The notes beneath the pieces are model-generated. The model was not told the DNA's origin. It made no database searches and saw only the letters and a program-made list of their open reading frames with translations. A stretch of 64,000 bases of DNA from Candidatus Hydrogenedentota bacterium (lineage in GTDB: Bacteria; Hydrogenedentota; Hydrogenedentia; Hydrogenedentales; SLHB01), in assembly GCA_045863295.1 (NCBI GenBank), contig BTWA01000018.1:32001-96000 (forward strand), written 5' to 3'. Shown one piece after another: positions 58,801 through 64,000 of this stretch (positions within the stretch are counted from its first letter, which is position 1; the number at the start of each line of letters is the position of its first letter). A program made the position numbers and the translations under genes.

Positions 58801-58917
58801 ACAATTGCCGCTCAATATCGGCAGCACTTGATGGCTGAATGAAACCTCTTCGCCCGATGATAGCGGTAATACAAGCGAAGTCAATAGTCCGAAAGCCAAT
58901 ACCAGTTTGAATCTCAT
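55822..58917 (-). CDS. Planctomycete cytochrome c / PSCyt2 (DUF1549) / PSD1 (DUF1553) protein
   Basis: CFQCHG, MPP, LLRRLSIDLTGLPP, YGEHWARDWLD, CAQCHTHKYDP, VNRVWQHYF, PTHPELLDWLA, PLQALTTLN. Confidence 0.92.
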   Translation of the reverse strand: MRFKLVLAFGLLTSLVLPLSSGEEVSFSHQVLPILSGNCFQCHGPDPTSRKGKLRLDDAEDALAERGGPPVIVPGNPDASELIRRVISTDSNERMPPPEAGDALSAEQVALLRQWISEGARYSTHWSFTKPSRPAVPTLLETAWARNAIDHFIGARLEQKGLEPSPDASRLALLRRLSIDLTGLPPSIDEIERAESDTSETWYGELVERLLASPHYGEHWARDWLDAAQYADSDGFEKDKPRQVWAWRDWVIRAFNEDMPYDQFVIEQIAGDLLPDASQDQRVATGFLRNSMINEEGGIDPEQFRMEAQFNRVDIVGRALLGLTVQCAQCHTHKYDPISHTEYYGLLAFLNNAHEACITVYSPGEEKQREDILRLVSQIETEIKARYPDWRARVAGWESEVKAQPEPVWEVMELAFDDSSAGGQKCIPQGDGSYLAQGYAPTQFQPKMTATTALNRITAVRIELIPDPNLPRGGPGRSVYGACALSEFEMRIAAADVAIANYDQWTPVAIESAIASVNPSIRTLGSEFPDRQERNRITGGIAFAIDGKAETAWSTDVDPERRNQEHGAIFKLAEPLSVEPGKVLAFRIGQQHGGWNSDDNQTNNLGRFRISVTDSDALPDRVLPGLVRQALELAPEERSEQEWGQLFAQWRVTQPALAEANARIAALLQALPSGTTQLVLQERSTPRVTHRLERGDFLSPAEPVRPGVPAFLNALDVEGDLDRLDLARWLVSPEAPTTARTFVNRVWQHYFSEGIVQTASDLGTQGDTPTHPELLDWLAVEFMESGWKIKDLHRLIVMSSTYRQSSQTTPALLELDPYNRLLARGERFRVKGETVRDIALSASGLINLTVGGPSVYAPAPEYLFQPPASYGPKTWNTATGPERYRRALYTFRFRSVPYPALQVFDTPAGDAPCTRRERSNSPLQALTTLNEPLMFECAAGLARLTIAEGGATTRSRMDYAFRRCVSRPADELELARLEQFLEKQRARIAAGELGAESIVQTANPDDDMVELAAWTLTARVLLNLDETIVRQ

Positions 58918-59249
58918 GTCACGCGTACACCTCGATCGCCGCTCGCCTTCACACCGCCCTCCACTCTAGCGCGACGGGGTAAATCCTGCAAACTGCCAAA
59001 CCGACCGCCAGTAGTGTGGATAAGATGCCCGTTTTCCAGTTCACAGTGGCGGCTCCGGCCGCTCCACCCGGATGCCCCAGCACTACCCGAATGGACCCGG
59101 CTGGGCAAAGTTTGGTATGGTGCAACGGTTCATGCGCGACGCATTATTGCGACAGGCGGGCTCGTGCAGCAATGAACACATCCGGCACTTCCTGCACCTT
59201 TGGAAAAGCGGGATCGTTGGGAATACTCATACTGAAGCGGAGCTGATCT

Positions 59250-61505
59250 GTGGATATACACATCCGGAAATCCAAACGCAGCCTTTCGTTGCTGTTGCCC
59301 GCCACCTTCCTCGTCGGCGTGGCCATCGGCTTCACGCTGTGCTACGCGCTATACGCGCCATCAAGTGCACCCGAGGATGATACGCAAGTGGCCTCGGGTC
59401 CGGAAACGGCCCCTGTAGATGCGCCACCCCCCGCCACCGAGACCGCACAAGCCGACATGGCGGAACCCGTCGCCCCCACGGAACCTGCCCCTGCGGAACC
59501 GGCCCAACCCGAAACCACGGCTGCCGAGTACCTCGACGAGAATCAAGCCGTTTGGCCCGCAAGGCATTTATTCATCGCGGTCAAAGGATCGCAATTGGAT
59601 AGGGCCACTCGTGACATGTTGGGTGAACTTAAGCCGGGCGGAGTAGTGTTGACGAAAGACAACATCTCCAACAAGCCGCAGACCAACCGTCTCGTGACAA
59701 CGATTAAGGAAGCCGTTGGATTCGGCACAGGCGTCGCCGATCTTCCATTGATAGCCGTCGATCAGGAAGGCGGCCCCGTGAACCGGCTCAGACTTCGGAA
59801 TACTACCGGTGCGGCGGAGCTTGGCAAGAAGCGTGACCCCAAACTTGCGCGAGAACTGGGTTCCGAATTTGCCAACGCCTGCGAGTCGCGCGGTATCGGC
59901 ATATTGCTCGCGCCCGTGCTGGACGTCGCCGAAAGCGGTACGAACAAGAATTTGACGTTGCGTACGTTTGGTGACGACAGCAAGACCGTTACCTCGCTCG
60001 GACTATCCTTCGCCGCCGGCGTAATGGATGGCAAGGACGGACAGGTGTTGCCGGTAGTGAAACATTTTCCGGGCCATGGTGCGGTGGCGGAAGATACGCA
60101 TGCCGCCCTGGCCGTAATGAAACATGAATCCAAGGACTTGCCCGGTGTCTTCTTCCCATTCAGCGAAGCCGCACGAGCGGGCATCCCCGGAATAATGGTA
60201 GGTCACATCGCCGTACCGAGCCTGGATACCGAGAATCCCAATCGCCCCGCTTCCTTGTCCCCCAAGTTGATCAAGGAACTCATCCGCGAACGCTGGATGT
60301 ATGAAGGCGTCGTATTGAGCGACGACCTCGCGATGGGTGCCATCGGAAAGACGATGAATGCCGAAGAAGCAGCCGTAAAGGCGCTTGTCGCCGGATGCGA
60401 TGCAGTCATCATGTTGGAAACGAATCCGGAACGCGTGCGCGCCGTGTGCAAGGCCATTGAAGATGCGGTGGCAGCCGGCACACTGGCAAAGGCTGATCTG
60501 GCAAGGAGCAAGCAACGGCTCGATCAATGGCAAATCTGGTTACGCAGCCCGTCGCCATTGAAGGGCGAAGTGCCGCCACTACCCGAAGTGCAAGTGGCGC
60601 AAGTACCGGCGGAACCAACTGAACCCGCGCCGGCAACCGAGGCGCCCACCCAAGCGGCGCAGGAGCCCGTCGAGACAGCCGGTGAAATCGTCCATGTCGT
60701 CAAGAAAGGCGACTTGCTGGGAAAAATCGCCACGCAATACAACGTGTCCGTGAAAGAAATTCAGGAATGGAACAATAAGAAAGACACCCGCCTGAACATT
60801 GGCGACAAGCTTGTAATCCGTATAAAGGCACCCACCGTGCCTGAGCCTGCGGCGCCCGCCCCTGAAACACCCCCGGCGCCGGAGGCAACCGTTCCGAACA
60901 ACACGCCAGAGACTGCAAATGTGGAACCCGTGCAAACGGTAAAAACCAATGACGTGGTGTCCACACCCCCTGCGCAAAGCGAGCCCGCGCCGGAGACGGC
61001 CTCTCCGCCAGCCGAACCTCAACCGGAACCGGTGCCCGCGCCGCAACCAGAGCCCGCGCCAGCAGCACCCCCGGCGGCCATGAAGAAAGTGCAGCATACG
61101 ATTGCACCGGGAGAATTTCCCAATAAGATTGCGCAGAAGTATAGCGTCTCGGTCAATGACTTGTTTAAGTGGAACGGTATTGCCGATGGGAGAATTCGGG
61201 CAGGAGACACACTGATCGTCTACGTGCCTATGGATGCCCCGTTCGACGGTGAAGCAGTCACATCCGTTTCCGACCAGCCCGCGGCATCGGAACCCGCCGC
61301 CGAACCCGTTGATCCACCGGAAGAAGCGACAGTCACTCAACCCGCGGATACCGAAGAGTACACGGTTGCCCCCGGCGATTCGCTGGTGAAGATTGCCGCA
61401 AAATTCAATACCACACGCGAAAACCTCGTGGAATTGAACAAGCTGGATAATCCAAATCGGCTCCGCGCGGGCCAGAAATTGTTTGTCCCGAAAAAGTCCC
61501 CGTAA
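59250..61505 (+). CDS. Membrane-anchored GH3 beta-N-acetylhexosaminidase (NagZ-like) with three LysM domains
   Basis: N-terminal TM; AVDQEGG, APVLD, KHFPGHG...DTH, IMVGH, SDDLAM; three LysM repeats separated by Pro/Ala/Glu linkers. Confidence 0.9.
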   Translation: MDIHIRKSKRSLSLLLPATFLVGVAIGFTLCYALYAPSSAPEDDTQVASGPETAPVDAPPPATETAQADMAEPVAPTEPAPAEPAQPETTAAEYLDENQAVWPARHLFIAVKGSQLDRATRDMLGELKPGGVVLTKDNISNKPQTNRLVTTIKEAVGFGTGVADLPLIAVDQEGGPVNRLRLRNTTGAAELGKKRDPKLARELGSEFANACESRGIGILLAPVLDVAESGTNKNLTLRTFGDDSKTVTSLGLSFAAGVMDGKDGQVLPVVKHFPGHGAVAEDTHAALAVMKHESKDLPGVFFPFSEAARAGIPGIMVGHIAVPSLDTENPNRPASLSPKLIKELIRERWMYEGVVLSDDLAMGAIGKTMNAEEAAVKALVAGCDAVIMLETNPERVRAVCKAIEDAVAAGTLAKADLARSKQRLDQWQIWLRSPSPLKGEVPPLPEVQVAQVPAEPTEPAPATEAPTQAAQEPVETAGEIVHVVKKGDLLGKIATQYNVSVKEIQEWNNKKDTRLNIGDKLVIRIKAPTVPEPAAPAPETPPAPEATVPNNTPETANVEPVQTVKTNDVVSTPPAQSEPAPETASPPAEPQPEPVPAPQPEPAPAAPPAAMKKVQHTIAPGEFPNKIAQKYSVSVNDLFKWNGIADGRIRAGDTLIVYVPMDAPFDGEAVTSVSDQPAASEPAAEPVDPPEEATVTQPADTEEYTVAPGDSLVKIAAKFNTTRENLVELNKLDNPNRLRAGQKLFVPKKSP

Positions 61506-61549
61506 TTCAATGTGGATTGTGTGCGGCCCGTGCTGGAGGGGGTGAAACC

Positions 61550-62620
61550 ATGGCGCTCTTCCACGCTTGCATGGTGTTGGCCGCGGCCTCTCTCGCGCAG
61601 CCTACGCAACCGGGCTCGTTCGCGTTCCACGAAGGCAAAATCTTTTTGCCGGTTGCGTTGAACGGCGAGGGGCCTTTCCAACTGGTATACGACACCACCG
61701 CACAACAAGGCATACTGGAACGCGCTATTGGCAAGCCCACTCCATTGCCAGATGCTGTGCCCATCCAGAACGCCACCTTGCACGGATTAAAGCTGGGAGG
61801 ATTCGTATTCACAGCGTCTAGCCTTCGCGCCGGACCAAACGTCGAAGGAATATTGCCGGCGGAATGGTTGCCGTATGCCGTGACGTTCAATTTCCGTGCA
61901 AATCAAGTCTCATTTTCAGGATCAGCACCTCCTGCAGCAACCACGGACGGCTACACCATTCCCCTGCGTCGTACCAATGACGCCACATGGCGACTCGCAG
62001 TATCCATCAATGGAAGCCAACCGTTGGAGTCGGTGTTGGATACGCGGCTGTCCACATCGCTCGCACTGCCGAGATCCTTGGCTGAACATCAGGGCTGGCT
62101 AACAACGGATACGCCACGGTTGGCAATCATCGATGCGTCCACGGATACCGCGCTCGTGGGTCAAACCCAAATTCGCCTGTCCCAAATTGCCGCGGGCAGA
62201 GCCGTATTGAATAACCCAGTCGTCGCGCTTACGGACTCCAATGCCGAACCAAGAATTGGAACAGGGTTTCTCCGCAGATTTCGCGTGACCATTGACTTGC
62301 CCGCCCACTACATCCGGCTGGAGCCGGACGCGTTGTACGCACCAACCGATGGCCCAATCGTCGGCGTCGGTGTGACACCAGCACAAATCGATGCCGAAGG
62401 GTACTGGCTGCTGCACGTCGCCCAAGGCTCGCCCGCGGACATTGCCGGGATCCGCCCGGGAGACCGCCTGGCGGACATCAATCGCAAGCCCATGAAGGGC
62501 GCGGCGCTGGATACCGTGCACGAACTGCTCGCAGTCTCCGAAGGCGATAAGGTCACCCTGGGCATCCTGCGGAATGGCATGGTTCAGCATGCTCTCATGG
62601 CGGCGCGAAAGCTGCTCTGA
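61550..62620 (+). CDS. Exported tandem aspartyl-protease-like + PDZ protein (DTG motifs altered)
   Basis: LNG..P..LVYDTTA and INGSQPLESVLDTRL; IGTGFLRRF.VTID; PDZ GSPADIAGIRPGDRL; SD GGAGG. Confidence 0.75.
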   Translation: MALFHACMVLAAASLAQPTQPGSFAFHEGKIFLPVALNGEGPFQLVYDTTAQQGILERAIGKPTPLPDAVPIQNATLHGLKLGGFVFTASSLRAGPNVEGILPAEWLPYAVTFNFRANQVSFSGSAPPAATTDGYTIPLRRTNDATWRLAVSINGSQPLESVLDTRLSTSLALPRSLAEHQGWLTTDTPRLAIIDASTDTALVGQTQIRLSQIAAGRAVLNNPVVALTDSNAEPRIGTGFLRRFRVTIDLPAHYIRLEPDALYAPTDGPIVGVGVTPAQIDAEGYWLLHVAQGSPADIAGIRPGDRLADINRKPMKGAALDTVHELLAVSEGDKVTLGILRNGMVQHALMAARKLL

Positions 62621-62698
62621 GCGACCGCAATAGTGTATACTGTCGCGCTCTGGTATGTCCGATAAACCCATGCACAAACTCCAGGAGCCGTCTGCATA

Positions 62699-64000
62699 AT
62701 GAAGCGCTCGATAGGTGCCTTTCTTGCTGTTCTGACGTTGGCCGGACTGAATCCCGCAATTCGTGCCGACGAAATCTCGAACCTGCCGTGGACGCTGCGC
62801 GATCACTACACATTCGATGCGCCACGGATTTCCCTCATTTACGCAGTCGATAATGGGGAGTGGTGCCTCAACCGGGCAGATGGGAAAGTCTTGCTGGATA
62901 AGGCACGCGCATCAGTCACTCTTGGCGACGGAAAAGTGATCGATGTAAATGCCATGGGACCCGGCGATGCATTCCGGAGGAGGGATGTTACCGAACTCGG
63001 AGACGGAAGCCGGTACGGCCTCAAACTAACTGGTAGTCAGGGCGTCGCGGTCGAGCACAGCATTACGAGCCACAAGCAGCATCCGTACTACCTGATTCGG
63101 GTGACCGTTACAAATACAAGCGCGGAACCCATCGAAGTCGCCGCCATTTCTCCGGTCGTGGTTCCGCGCGGATCGATGGCGCAATTGGATCCCGAGGTGG
63201 AAGTACAGCGGCGCACAATGGACGTCCTGGGGCCCAACGCGGGATTTAATCCTGCGTCGCCCGCGCACATCTTGACGTTTCACAATAAGTCCGTGGGATA
63301 TATGACTACTCTCGGGGTCTTCCCTCGAGACGTGGCCAGGACGGGCATCAATCTTCAATTCTTTGACGGCCAGTGGCAAGGAGAAATTACCTCCACGTTC
63401 GACCCTCCGGTGCGCCTCGCCCCTGGCCAGTCGCTCGAAGCGGATCCAATCTGGTTGGCGTTCACGTTCGACACCCCTGAAGCGCTGGATCAGTTCATCA
63501 GCTATACACACGCCACCCTGAAGAAGCCAGCGTTTGACACGGATATCGTGGAAGCGTGGTCCACCGCCGGAGAAGGCGAGCCCCTGTCCGCTGTGGAAGC
63601 TGCGGCGAAAGAGTGGTCCGCGGTTGGAGTGAAACATGTATTGATACCCTACGGATGGGAAGGACGGCCCGGTTCCCTCCAAGGCGCCGATCCGGCATAT
63701 CCCGGAAATATGGGAGCGGCTGCCCGACAGCTTCAAGCCGCGGGCGTAACGCCGGGCATTACCGTCGACATCCTCGACATCGGAAAAGGTGCGGATCCCT
63801 GGGCTATTACCTCGAACGACGGCCATGTTTGGGCGAACCCCGCCGACCCTGCCGGCCGGGATGCCGTCTTAAAGGCGGCGAAGACGGTTGCGGGGTGGGG
63901 CTTCGGTTTTTATGCCGTGCGCCCAACAGCCATGCCCGACGAAGTGCTTAAGACGTTTCAATTGACCCGCACCCAGGCCGATGCCTTGGCATACGCCATC
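62699..64000 (+). CDS. Exported GH36/GH27 alpha-galactosidase-like protein, 3' truncated (absent from ORF track)
   Basis: Hand translation from ATG 62699 is open to the window end (434 codons): MKRSIGAFLAVLTLAGLNPAIRA...VTVTNTS...LAPGQSL...GVKHVLIPYGW...YPGNM...GVTPGI...NPADP...WGFGFYAVR. Confidence 0.75.
   Translation, partial: MKRSIGAFLAVLTLAGLNPAIRADEISNLPWTLRDHYTFDAPRISLIYAVDNGEWCLNRADGKVLLDKARASVTLGDGKVIDVNAMGPGDAFRRRDVTELGDGSRYGLKLTGSQGVAVEHSITSHKQHPYYLIRVTVTNTSAEPIEVAAISPVVVPRGSMAQLDPEVEVQRRTMDVLGPNAGFNPASPAHILTFHNKSVGYMTTLGVFPRDVARTGINLQFFDGQWQGEITSTFDPPVRLAPGQSLEADPIWLAFTFDTPEALDQFISYTHATLKKPAFDTDIVEAWSTAGEGEPLSAVEAAAKEWSAVGVKHVLIPYGWEGRPGSLQGADPAYPGNMGAAARQLQAAGVTPGITVDILDIGKGADPWAITSNDGHVWANPADPAGRDAVLKAAKTVAGWGFGFYAVRPTAMPDEVLKTFQLTRTQADALAYAI

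Noticed and set aside
60590..61350. Repetitive GAACC/GAGCC-rich DNA
   Set aside because: It encodes Pro/Glu/Ala linkers between LysM domains; no fixed-period repeat or CRISPR-like spacer structure.

Overview
A 64-kb, moderately GC-rich bacterial chromosomal segment from a diderm organism. The DUF1501/PSCyt pair, many exported glycosidases, a Thermus-order V/A-ATPase and a Deltaproteobacteria-style chemosensory cluster suggest Ca. Hydrogenedentota or a PVC-like lineage (inference only). Contents from left to right: an alkaline-phosphatase-superfamily enzyme; a Hel308/Ski2-like helicase fused to an OmpR-type winged helix, behind a near-consensus sigma70 promoter with an SOS-box-like palindrome in its spacer; a four-gene minus-strand operon (membrane Ser/Thr kinase with TPR and CsgG/FlgT-like ectodomain, TPR/Ig/2xCsgG-like lipoprotein, FadL/PorV-like barrel, 71-aa hydrophobic peptide) behind a complete sigma54 promoter with an IHF-like site and tandem enhancers; a sulfatase-fold membrane protein; the V/A-ATPase operon (G-I-K-E-C-F-A-B-D) plus a PTS EIIA; dapA-dapB; a GH98-like protein; tRNA-Arg(ACG); a sialidase; a sigma54-type che operon whose CheA carries four MshEN-like motifs, next to an NtrC-family activator; a glycan-degradation cluster; a dipeptidase; DUF1501/PSD1; a GH3-LysM3 protein; an aspartyl-protease-like PDZ protein; and a GH36-like ORF cut off by the window edge. 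Best candidate for an undescribed system: the sigma54 trans-envelope kinase/CsgG/barrel/peptide operon (5341-12569). Four exported enzyme-like proteins appear to have lost catalytic residues. No CRISPR, rRNA or mobile element was seen. All family calls come from motif recognition by eye, not from database searches.
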